Shown here one piece after another: positions 19,013-27,279 of a DNA stretch of 32,000 nucleotides. The DNA comes from Synechococcus elongatus PCC 6301 (GTDB taxonomy: Bacteria; Cyanobacteriota; Cyanobacteriia; Synechococcales; Synechococcaceae), in the NCBI RefSeq assembly GCF_000010065.1, contig NC_006576.1:1230001-1262000 (forward strand), written 5' to 3'. Under the pieces are notes generated by a model. It did no database searches, was not told where the DNA came from, and saw only the letters and a list, made by a program, of their open reading frames with translations. The position numbers and the translations under genes are program-made. The stretch's first letter is position 1. Every line of letters starts with the position of its first letter.

Positions 19013-20539
19013 TTGTTCCGACAAGGCCTAAAGCGATCGCGCCGTCGCGGACTGCTCTGGTTGACCGTGCTGTTCTGCGTCTTTGTCGTCAGCCAGAGTC
19101 GGGCGATCGCAGCTCCGATCGATCTCCGTCCCTACTGGCAAGCGGCGCAGGCTCAGATTGATGACTTTCAGTTGCCCAATGGCCTGCAATTCATTGTCAT
19201 GCAGCGGCCTCAGGCCCCTGTGGTTTCGGTGTTGACCTACGCTGCTGTGGGTGGAGCCGATGAACAACCGGGGCAGACGGGCATTGCTCACTTTCTTGAG
19301 CACCTAGCCTTCAAGGGCACCACAACGATCGGCACCCGCAACTATGCCGAGGAAGCGCCACTCTTGACCGAGCTGGATCAGCTCAACCGTCAACTTCAGC
19401 AAGCCCAGGCGAAGGGACAGGACGCCACAGCCTTGACGCAGCGCTTTCAAGCCGTTCAAGCCCAAGCCGCTCAGTACGTTCGGCAGAACGAGTTTGGTCA
19501 GCGCCTCGAAAATGCAGGAGCGATCGGGCTGAATGCCACCACTAGCGCTGACGCAACCACCTATTTCTGTAGTTTGCCAGCACAGCAATTGGAACTCTGG
19601 ATGGCGCTGGAAGCGGAGCGGTTCCGGCAGCCGGTGTTCCGAGAATTCTTTGAGGAAAAGGCTGTCATTCTCGAAGAGCGACGGCAGCGTTTGGATAACG
19701 ATCCAGTCAGCCAGCTGCTCGAAGCTCTCAAGGCGAAGGCCTTTCCCAATCAGCCCTACGGCCGCCCTGTGATTGGTGAACGAGCCGATATTGCGGCCCT
19801 CGATCGCGCCACGGTTCAGCAGTTCTTCCAGCAGTATTACGGTCCCAACAATCTGACGATCGCGATTGTGGGCGATGTCGACCCAGCCCAAGTGCGCCGC
19901 TGGGCCAACCAGTATTTTGGGGCTGAGCCTGCTCGCCCATTGCCACCACCTTCCCAGGGGAAGGCTAAGCCTCAGGCTGGTACGGTCACGATCAAAGCCC
20001 GCAGTCAACCTTGGGCGATCGTGGCTTACCCAATGCCTGCAGCCCGAGATCCCGATCAACTGGCGATGCAGCTACTGGCCGAAGTCCTCAGTCGCGGTCG
20101 GCGATCGCGGCTCTATCAGACCTTAGTCGAAGGCGATCGCTTGGTTCTGTCGGCCCAAGCCTTCCCCAACTTTCCGGGCGATCGCTTGCCCAGCCTGTTT
20201 GTGATCTCAGCCTCGCCACGCCCTGGAATTACACCTCAGACAGTGGTTCAAGCGATTACGGCAACCGTCACCGAACTGCAGCAGCAGCCCCTCAGTCAGG
20301 CAGAACTCGATCGGGTACGCAATCAACTGCGGATGGATCTACTGCAAGGCCTAGAGTCGAACGCAGGTCTGGCGCAGCAACTAGCGGAATACCAAGCGGA
20401 GGCTGGTGACTGGCGTCAGCTCTTCCGCGACCTCGAAGCTTTAGAGCAGATTACGCCCCTAGATCTGCAGCGGGCTGCCCGCCGGCTCTTTCAGCGCGAT
20501 CGCCAGTTGGTGGGCCAAATCCTAGGAGAGGGGACGTGA
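19013..20539 (+). CDS. M16 family zinc metallopeptidase (active subunit type)
   Basis: Contains the HXXEH motif (GIAHFLEHLAFKGT) and downstream glutamate region, preceded by a signal-like N-terminus (SRRRGLLWLTVLFCVFVVSQSRAIA). Putative TTG start. Confidence 0.93.
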   Translation: MFRQGLKRSRRRGLLWLTVLFCVFVVSQSRAIAAPIDLRPYWQAAQAQIDDFQLPNGLQFIVMQRPQAPVVSVLTYAAVGGADEQPGQTGIAHFLEHLAFKGTTTIGTRNYAEEAPLLTELDQLNRQLQQAQAKGQDATALTQRFQAVQAQAAQYVRQNEFGQRLENAGAIGLNATTSADATTYFCSLPAQQLELWMALEAERFRQPVFREFFEEKAVILEERRQRLDNDPVSQLLEALKAKAFPNQPYGRPVIGERADIAALDRATVQQFFQQYYGPNNLTIAIVGDVDPAQVRRWANQYFGAEPARPLPPPSQGKAKPQAGTVTIKARSQPWAIVAYPMPAARDPDQLAMQLLAEVLSRGRRSRLYQTLVEGDRLVLSAQAFPNFPGDRLPSLFVISASPRPGITPQTVVQAITATVTELQQQPLSQAELDRVRNQLRMDLLQGLESNAGLAQQLAEYQAEAGDWRQLFRDLEALEQITPLDLQRAARRLFQRDRQLVGQILGEGT

Positions 20540-21951
20540 TCCGTCGCTGGCTGCTGATGGCTGCGGTGCTTGTCCTCTGCTGGCTGCAAATGCCGGTGAC
20601 CGCGATCGCGGCAGTCGATCTGCAGCGTCCTGATATCGATCGCTGTCGTCTGGACAATGGCCTGCGGGTCTATCTGCTGGAAGATCGCACTCTGCCCCTG
20701 GTCAGTGGGTTGCTCTTGGCGGATGCCGGCTCCCGCTTGGATCCTGCTGATGCGTGGGGAACTGCAGACTTTACGGCTGCACTGCTAAGGCAGGGGGGTA
20801 GCCAAGCTTATCCCGTTGGGCAACTCGATCAAGCCTTAGAGGAACGGGCCGCCATGCTGGAATCCAATCCGGGCGTGACTGTCGCCAGCCTCAGTTTCCG
20901 CAGCTTCAGTCCTGACTTTCCCTTTGTCCTCGATCGCTTGTTTGAGGTACTGACCACCCCGGCTTTTCCGCCCGATCGCCTGCAACAACTGCGCGATCGC
21001 ACCCTAGCCGCCCTAGCGCGGCAGAATGATCGCCCCGAAGCGATCGCTAGTCGCGAACTGCCCAAGTTGGTCTATGGACCAACGGACGCTTTGGCCCGCA
21101 GCTTGACTGCAGCCAATGTGCAACAGGTAGAACGGGCGGATTTAGTGGCTTTTCATCAACGCTTTTACCGTCCCGATCGCCTCTGGTTAGGCATCGTCGG
21201 TGATTTTCAGGCAGCTGAACTTTGTCAAAGCCTGCAAACGACGTGGGGGAAATGGCAGCCACCTGCAACGGCCGCAATTGCACCAGCTGCTTCAGCTCAG
21301 CTTACAGTGCCAGCGACTGCGGTCTACCTCATCGATCAGCCCCAGCTCAGCCAAAGTACGGTGCAGATGGCCAGCCTGGGGGGGCGGTTGGATGACCCAG
21401 ATTATGCAGCGCTAACCGTCCTCAACGAACTACTGAATGGACTATCGGGGCGACTTTACAATCAAATTCGCTCCCGCCAAGGTCTGGCCTATAGCGTCTA
21501 CGGCAGTGGGCAACCCAACTTTGAGCGACCTGGATTATTTGTCGCCGGCGGTCAAACGGCCCAAGCAACCACAGCTGCACTGATTCAAGCCCTGCGTACG
21601 GAACTGGCTGCCGTGCGATCGCAGCCGATCAGCGAGCGGGAACTAAAGCAAGTCCGCGATCGCCTACTCAATAGCTTCGTGTTTAACTTTCAGTCGCCGG
21701 ATCAGACCTTGGGTCGGTTGCTGCGGACAGAGTTTTTCCAGTATCCCGAAGACTTTCTCTGGCGCTATCGAGAGGCCCTACTCAAGGTGACCCCAGCTGA
21801 TGTGCAAACAGTTGCACAGCGCTGGATTCTGCTCGACCAAATGCCGATCCTCGTCGTGGGCGATCGCCAAGCGCTTTTACCTCAGCTGCAGACCTTGGGC
21901 CTTCCCATTCAAGACTGGCCACTGGATCAGCCGGTCACAGCAGCACCCTGA
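20536..21951 (+). CDS. M16 family peptidase-like protein (HXXEH-lacking partner)
   Basis: 471 aa with M16 fold features (LDNGLRVYLLEDRTLPLVSGLLLADAGSRLDPADAWGTADF, YRPDRLWLGIVGDF, NELLNGLSGRLYNQIRSRQGLAYSV). The zinc motif is not evident. GTG start overlaps the upstream TGA (GTGA, 4 nt). Confidence 0.92.
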   Translation: MIRRWLLMAAVLVLCWLQMPVTAIAAVDLQRPDIDRCRLDNGLRVYLLEDRTLPLVSGLLLADAGSRLDPADAWGTADFTAALLRQGGSQAYPVGQLDQALEERAAMLESNPGVTVASLSFRSFSPDFPFVLDRLFEVLTTPAFPPDRLQQLRDRTLAALARQNDRPEAIASRELPKLVYGPTDALARSLTAANVQQVERADLVAFHQRFYRPDRLWLGIVGDFQAAELCQSLQTTWGKWQPPATAAIAPAASAQLTVPATAVYLIDQPQLSQSTVQMASLGGRLDDPDYAALTVLNELLNGLSGRLYNQIRSRQGLAYSVYGSGQPNFERPGLFVAGGQTAQATTAALIQALRTELAAVRSQPISERELKQVRDRLLNSFVFNFQSPDQTLGRLLRTEFFQYPEDFLWRYREALLKVTPADVQTVAQRWILLDQMPILVVGDRQALLPQLQTLGLPIQDWPLDQPVTAAP

Positions 21952-21961
21952 TCTCGCAAGA

Positions 21962-21989
21962 AAAAGCCCCCGGCTCCCTGGGGGCTTCT
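21962..21989 (-). terminator. Strong GC-rich hairpin with T-tract on the minus strand (weak on plus)
   Basis: + strand AAAAAGCCCCCGGCTCCCTGGGGGCTTCTG. Read on the minus strand it is AAGCCCCCAGGGAGCCGGGGGCTTTTTC, a canonical intrinsic terminator. The + strand 3' side has only TTCT. Confidence 0.6.
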
Positions 21990-22305
21990 GAGGAATGGTT
22001 GTACTGCTTCTGATACGCAAGACCAGCGCTTGTGGATGCATTGACTCTGCATGAGCTGAGCTGAAGGTCCTGCGTCCTCTGACGGACCTCACGGTTTGAG
22101 TCGGTAGTTGTGCTTTCCAACAGCAGCGATCGCTGCTCAAGCCAACTCTTTCGGCCCAGCGCTGGCTGTTGGGAAATGACAGGGCAAGAGAGCTCAGCTG
22201 TTCATGGAATCGACAGGGAACATCAGTCAATGCGATCGCGTCAGTACCTGACATGCAAATTCTAAGTGCTGACTTGGAATTGCCTGAGCCATTTTGAGAT
22301 GTTTA

Positions 22306-22590
22306 ATGAGTCCCAAATTCGTTGTCCATATCGCTGCTAAGGCTGCTCTCTTACTGCCCTTAATGGCTGCAGGTGCCACTGAAGCAGTCAATGTGCCTCA
22401 AGCCCGTTCTAGTGCAATCGAAGTCGAATTAACTGAGCTGAGTCCCACTGCAACCCCAGCAACATTGATTGCCAGCAATGATTTTGGAGGGAGTGATTTC
22501 GGTAATAATTCCCGTAACAATAGTGACTCCAATAATCAGTCAGATTCTGGCAACCAACGTCGCAATGGCAACAATTCTGACTTTGGCTAG
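22306..22590 (+). CDS. Small predicted secreted protein with Asn/Ser/Asp/Gly-rich C-terminus
   Basis: MSPKFVVHIAAKAALLLPLMAAGATEA (signal-like), then a tail NDFGGSDFGNNSRNNSDSNNQSDSGNQRRNGNNSDFG. Confidence 0.55.
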   Translation: MSPKFVVHIAAKAALLLPLMAAGATEAVNVPQARSSAIEVELTELSPTATPATLIASNDFGGSDFGNNSRNNSDSNNQSDSGNQRRNGNNSDFG

Positions 22591-22855
22591 GCTCCAACTC
22601 TGGGTCTTTAAATGCTAGCCGAGAGAGCCAGTTTCTTGAGTACGATCATCGCCCCTAGCGACGACTCTAGAAGAGTTAAAATATGATCGACTTTGGCTCT
22701 CTCACAAGTTATTTAGTGATGCAGAACCATTGTGGTGAAAAGCTCTAGAGAACTGACTACAAGAACTTCTTTGGAACATTGTTCCAGCAGAACAACCAAT
22801 CATTCACACTTTTTGAAACAGAATAAAGCTGCCGCAACCAGAAATTGACAACAAT

Positions 22856-24143
22856 ATGAATAAATTACAAGACTTATTGGGAAGCCAAAACCTCTCGGTC
22901 TTTCTGAGTCATTATTGGGCTCAACAATCCGTTTATATCGCTGGAGACAGTTTGCGGTTCCAGTCCTTATTTTCCTGGAATCACCTCAATGACTTACTGA
23001 ACTATCAAACCTTCCGAGAGTCAGAGTTGCGCTTTTCCCGCGACGGCGAGTCATTGCCTGCCGGCGATAATCCAACACTTTGGCGATCGCGTTTACAAGA
23101 AGGTGCGACCTTAGTTCTGAATGGCGTTCATCATCGCGTTCCAGCCCTCAAGCACCTAGCCACAAACCTCCGGCAAGAATTCGGCTATCGCTGTCATATC
23201 AATCTCTATAGTTCACCGGCACAGCAACAGGGGTTTGACTGTCACTACGATACTCATGATGTGCTGATTTTGCAGATTGAAGGTGAAAAGGAATGGTTGA
23301 TCTATCCAGAAACGCTGCCCTACCCCACGGCTGATCAGCCTTCTTACGATCGCCTTCCTCCTGAAGAACCGCCCTATCTTCAGCAAGTACTGAGCCCTGG
23401 GCGATCTGCTCTACATTCCACGCGGGCACTGGCATTATGCAATCGCACAAGAAACGGCATCTCTCCATCTCACGATTGGCATTCACACCGCTACTGGCTT
23501 GGACTGGGTCAATTGGTTGCAACAGCAATTAAGAGACCAGCCCCATTGGAGACAGGGATTGCCCCTCGCAGGCTCATGCAACTTCGATCCCTTCAAACTG
23601 CGAGGTCATTTAGAGTCATTGCGCGATCAACTGATTACCTATTTGCAAGAGCCCCAAGCGATCGATGACTATCTTCAATATTTGAGTTGGCAAGATCAGC
23701 CCCACCTACCGATCCAACTCCCTCTACAACTGCATGGCGATCCCTTAGCGCAGGGCTTGCTCGGTAAATTTATTTGGTCACCACTCCATTCTCTTCAGTG
23801 GCAAGCTGAGGATGATCAGATTAAGGTGTTAATTGGTTCTAAGCAGATGGTCTTTAAAGGACTACCGATCTCCTTAGCCATGCGACTTTTTAGTTGCCGT
23901 CAATTCACCCTGATGGATCTCGGTGATTGGGCTCCCGACCTTGATTTTGAGTCAGCGATCGCGCCACTCCTTCAAAAGCTGATTTTGGCAGGCATTTTAT
24001 TCGTCGAAGCTGATCAAGACGCAGAGGTCAGTGAAGTGAGTTCGCTTGCTGAAGTAAGTAAGGCCCCAACTGCTGGAGGAACAGTAATAATCCAGCCCGA
24101 TGACGTGAGGGAGCGATCGCCAATTCCAAAGCTTTATACATAG
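22856..24143 (+). pseudogene. JmjC/cupin_4-like 2-oxoglutarate oxygenase family gene, interrupted by a 1-nt frameshift at about 23399-23402
   Basis: Frame of ORF 22856..23668 gives ...CHYDTHDVLILQIEGEKEWLIYP...LQQVLSPG. After 23400 the conserved continuation GDLLYIPRGHWHYAIAQETASLHLTIGIHTATGLDWVNWLQQQLRDQPHWRQGLP lies in the +1 frame and joins ORF 23499..24143. Confidence 0.82.
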
Positions 24144-24828
24144 CACCGGCCTGCTCTGGATAATGGCGGGCGAAACCAACGTAGCAGGGATAAAGGTCGC
24201 GGGTATAAGCCTGCTCTCGTTCCATCACTAACTCATAGCCTGTCCGCAGCAAGCGCTTAGTTATCCAGCGGCAAGATTCACGCATTCGAACATGAAAACG
24301 AGGAGAACTCGGCAGTAATTGTCGAAGTTCATGCTGAACTGCAGCTAAATCCCTCTCAAGATGTGGTTGATGGATCAAGAGCTGGGGGCCAACTTGAACA
24401 GCGGGCCAAGTCGTGATTAAGTCCTGCCCCCATAAACAAAGGCCTTGGATTTTCAGCAATGTTTGGAGTGACCGATTGACTTGGAGTGCATCGTAGCCAA
24501 TCACAGCAATTTCAATTCCTTGGCAAAATGGGGCTTGACGCTGCAGTTGTTGTTGCAGGTGATCAATGGCGGCTGGATCAGGCGATTGGTGTTGCCACAC
24601 CAGAATGCTATCGAGGTCTGAAATTCCTTGAATCGCTTTTCCCTGAGGGATTGAACCTCGTAGATAAAGGCTGTGAAGAGAGGCCCCAACGCATGATTGG
24701 CACCCTTCTAGGAGAGATTGGACAAGCGATCGCCAAGGATGATCAATTTTTTCTAGGCTAGATTCATTGACTAGATAACCCGGTGCATCCGGACGATAAA
24801 CAGTGCCGATCGCTTGAATGAAGGTCAA
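24028..24828 (-). CDS. Pol-beta-superfamily nucleotidyltransferase domain protein
   Basis: 266 aa with LYLRGSIPQGKAIQGISDLDSILVW (GS...SDxD nucleotidyltransferase motif) and a C-terminal helical region (RWITKRLLRTGYELVMEREQAYTRDLYPCYVGFARHYPEQAGAMYKALELA). Confidence 0.85.
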   Translation of the reverse strand: MTFIQAIGTVYRPDAPGYLVNESSLEKIDHPWRSLVQSLLEGCQSCVGASLHSLYLRGSIPQGKAIQGISDLDSILVWQHQSPDPAAIDHLQQQLQRQAPFCQGIEIAVIGYDALQVNRSLQTLLKIQGLCLWGQDLITTWPAVQVGPQLLIHQPHLERDLAAVQHELRQLLPSSPRFHVRMRESCRWITKRLLRTGYELVMEREQAYTRDLYPCYVGFARHYPEQAGAMYKALELAIAPSRHRAGLLLFLQQLGPYLLQQANSLH

Positions 24829-24865
24829 AGTTCTAAGTAGATTTTGATAGCTTTAGTCTAAAATC

Positions 24866-25765
24866 TTAGCGTGACAGTGGTTGATAAACCTCGTAGTTTA
24901 GCCAGTTAGTGTAAAGCAGTTGAGCATGGCTACGCCAACGCACTGTCGGCACTTGATTCGGGTCATCATTAGGGTAGTAGTTGAGAGGTAACTGAATCGG
25001 CAACCCTTTCTCGCGATCGCGTCGATATTCGCGATCGAGGGTGTCTGCATCGTATTCCGGATGGTTGAACAGATAGGTGCGATGTTGGTCTGCATCCCAG
25101 AGGAGATGGAGTCCAGCCTCTGAGCTTTCTGCCAGAATTTGCAACTGTGATTGAGCCAATACCTCAGCCGCAATTACCTCCGTATGGCGACTGACCGGCA
25201 CCAGAAAATCATCATCGTGGCCGCGTACCAAGGGAGAACTGCGATCGCGGAGATGATGCCAAAAAACGCCAAAGCGCTTGGCTGGCAAGGTTTGCTTTTC
25301 AATGCCATGAAAATGCTGAAGCGCGGCTTGGGCTCCCCAGCAGATGAACAAACTGGAGCGCACCGCCTCACGACTCCAATCCAGAATAGTCGTCAGTTCC
25401 GACCAGTAGTCCACCGCCAGCCAAGGCAGGGTTTCCACCGGCGCGCCCGTCACAATCAAGCCATCAAACTGGCGATCGCGAATTTGATCAAAGGTGCTGT
25501 AGAAGTTACGAAGATGCTCGGGGTCGGTGTGGGTTGGTTGATAGCTAGCCGTGTGAATTAAAGTGAGTTCTACTTGTAGCGGCGTATTGGCGAGTACCCG
25601 AGCGATCTGCGTTTCGGTTGTCACCTTGGTCGGCATTAGGTTCAAAACAACCACTTGCAAAGCGCGGATATCCTGCCGCCGCGCATCCGCATCCCCCAGC
25701 GTGAATACGGACTCAGCATCCAGAATGCGACGAGCAGGCAGATCTTGCGGAATGATGATCGGCAT
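24866..25765 (-). CDS. metA: Homoserine O-acyltransferase, MetA family (predicted O-acetyltransferase by Glu111)
   Basis: MPIIIPQDLPARRILDAESVFTLGDADARRQDIRALQVVVLNLMPTKVTTETQIARVLANTPLQVELTLI...GLIVTGAPVETLPWLAVDYW...FICWGAQAALQHFHGIEK...HPEYD. Confidence 0.96.
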   Translation of the reverse strand: MPIIIPQDLPARRILDAESVFTLGDADARRQDIRALQVVVLNLMPTKVTTETQIARVLANTPLQVELTLIHTASYQPTHTDPEHLRNFYSTFDQIRDRQFDGLIVTGAPVETLPWLAVDYWSELTTILDWSREAVRSSLFICWGAQAALQHFHGIEKQTLPAKRFGVFWHHLRDRSSPLVRGHDDDFLVPVSRHTEVIAAEVLAQSQLQILAESSEAGLHLLWDADQHRTYLFNHPEYDADTLDREYRRDREKGLPIQLPLNYYPNDDPNQVPTVRWRSHAQLLYTNWLNYEVYQPLSR

Positions 25766-25813
25766 GGCAAAACGCTGGGAGGGTCGGCGATCGCAAGCCC
25801 AGTACGAAACAAC

Positions 25814-27118
25814 CTAGGCGACTTGCGAAGCCTGCAGGGCTTGGTCAAGGTCAGCCAAGATGTCGTCTAAATGCTCCAAGCCAACCGAAAGCCGCACAAA
25901 GTCAGGGCTGACGCCAGCTGCGGCTTGTTCTTCGGGCGAGAGCTGTTGGTGGGTGGTCGAAGCGGGATGAATGACCAGTGTTTTGGCATCCAAAACATTA
26001 GCGAGGTTTGAGGCGAGTTTGACGGCTGAAATAAAGCGCTTACCAGCCTCCAGTCCGCCTTGGACGCCAAAGCCCAAGATTGCGCCTGCACCATTTGGGA
26101 GATAGCGTTGCGCGCGATCGTAGTCAGGATGGCTCGGTAGCCCTGGATAATTCACCCAAGTTACGAGGGGATGCCGCTCTAGCCATTCCGCCACCGCTTG
26201 GGCATTGCGAACGTGGCGCTCAGCTCGGAGGGGCAAGGTTTCGACGCCTAGTAAGACCTGCTGCGCGTTAAAAGGTGACAAGGTTGCACCGATATCACGC
26301 AGTAAACCTGTCCGAATTTTGAGGACGTAGGCCAACCCAGGGGCCACCGCTTCGGGATGATTACCAAAAGCGTCCCAGAAGTTGACGCCGTGATAGCTCG
26401 GATCCGGCCCTGCAATTTCGGGGAATTTGCCGTTATTCCAAGGAAAATCACCTTTCTCGATCACAATGCCGCCGAGGGAGGTGCCATGGCCGCCCGCCAG
26501 TTTGGTCAGGGATAAGACAACGACATCGGCACCATGTTCCAAGGGATTGAACAGGGGCGGTGGCGAGACAGTGTTATCGACGATGAAGGGAATTCCAGAG
26601 TCATGGGCGATCGCAGCGATCGCTTCAAAATCATCGACATTGCCCTTGGGGTTGCCGATCGATTCGGTGTAGACCAGCCGAGTATTTTCATCAATTGCTG
26701 CGGCAACACTACTGGCATCACTGCTATCGACAAAGCGCACTTCAATGCCAAAGCGCTTGAGGGTATGGCGGAAGAGGTTGATCGTGCCGCCGTAGAGATT
26801 AGTGGTGCTGATGATGTTCTGACCGGCGGAGGTAATCGCCGCGATCGCATAAAAAATGGCGGCCTGCCCCGAACTGGTGGCGACTGCGCCGGTGCCCCCA
26901 TGCAGAGCGGCTAACCGCTGCTCCAACACATCGGTCGTGGGGTTCATCAAGCGGGTGTAGATATTGCCAAAGGCTTTGAGCGCAAACAGATTGGCGGCGT
27001 GTTCGGCGTCCTCAAAGACGTAGCTAGTGGTCTGGTAAATCGGTACCGCCCGCGAGCCCGTTGTGGGGTCAGGCTTTTGACCCGCGTGCAGCGCTAGTGT
27101 TTCCAGATGTTGAGACAT
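25814..27118 (-). CDS. metY: O-acetylhomoserine aminocarboxypropyltransferase (O-acetylhomoserine sulfhydrylase)
   Basis: 434 aa, PLP Cys/Met-metabolism family: LALHAGQKPDPTTGSRAVPIYQTTSYVFEDAEHAANLFALKAFGNIYTRLMNPTTDVLEQRLAALHGGTGAVATSSGQAAI...VLSLTKLAGGHGTSLGG. Separated from metA by 48 bp on the same strand. Confidence 0.96.
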   Translation of the reverse strand: MSQHLETLALHAGQKPDPTTGSRAVPIYQTTSYVFEDAEHAANLFALKAFGNIYTRLMNPTTDVLEQRLAALHGGTGAVATSSGQAAIFYAIAAITSAGQNIISTTNLYGGTINLFRHTLKRFGIEVRFVDSSDASSVAAAIDENTRLVYTESIGNPKGNVDDFEAIAAIAHDSGIPFIVDNTVSPPPLFNPLEHGADVVVLSLTKLAGGHGTSLGGIVIEKGDFPWNNGKFPEIAGPDPSYHGVNFWDAFGNHPEAVAPGLAYVLKIRTGLLRDIGATLSPFNAQQVLLGVETLPLRAERHVRNAQAVAEWLERHPLVTWVNYPGLPSHPDYDRAQRYLPNGAGAILGFGVQGGLEAGKRFISAVKLASNLANVLDAKTLVIHPASTTHQQLSPEEQAAAGVSPDFVRLSVGLEHLDDILADLDQALQASQVA

Positions 27119-27279
27119 GCAATTTCCTCGACTCTAAACTCGCAGAGACAGCCAGCCCGATCGCCCTGCAACCCTCAATCGTTCGGTCTTGGTTGGCTAG
27201 CATCGCAGGATGTTCGGCACTTTCAAGGTTCCCGCGATCACAAGTCGGGCGACGATGCTCAACTTCTGGGGGGTGAGCA

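Noticed and set aside
21877-22254. 125-aa minus ORF across the candidate sRNA region
   Set aside because: Runs into the 3' end of the M16 gene and through the terminator hairpin, with no recognisable domain. It does not explain the structure there.
23499-24143. Independent 214-aa gene as listed in the ORF track
   Set aside because: Its apparent start is a TTG inside a conserved stretch. Sequence immediately upstream in the same frame (GDLLYIPRGHWHYAIAQETASLHLTIGIHTATG) continues the oxygenase family, so it is the 3' part of a frameshifted gene.
27119-27279. Possible SAM-type riboswitch upstream of metY
   Set aside because: I looked for S-box-like or other SAM/SAH riboswitch core sequences in the minus-strand leader and could not recognise any. 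A covariance search would be needed to say more.
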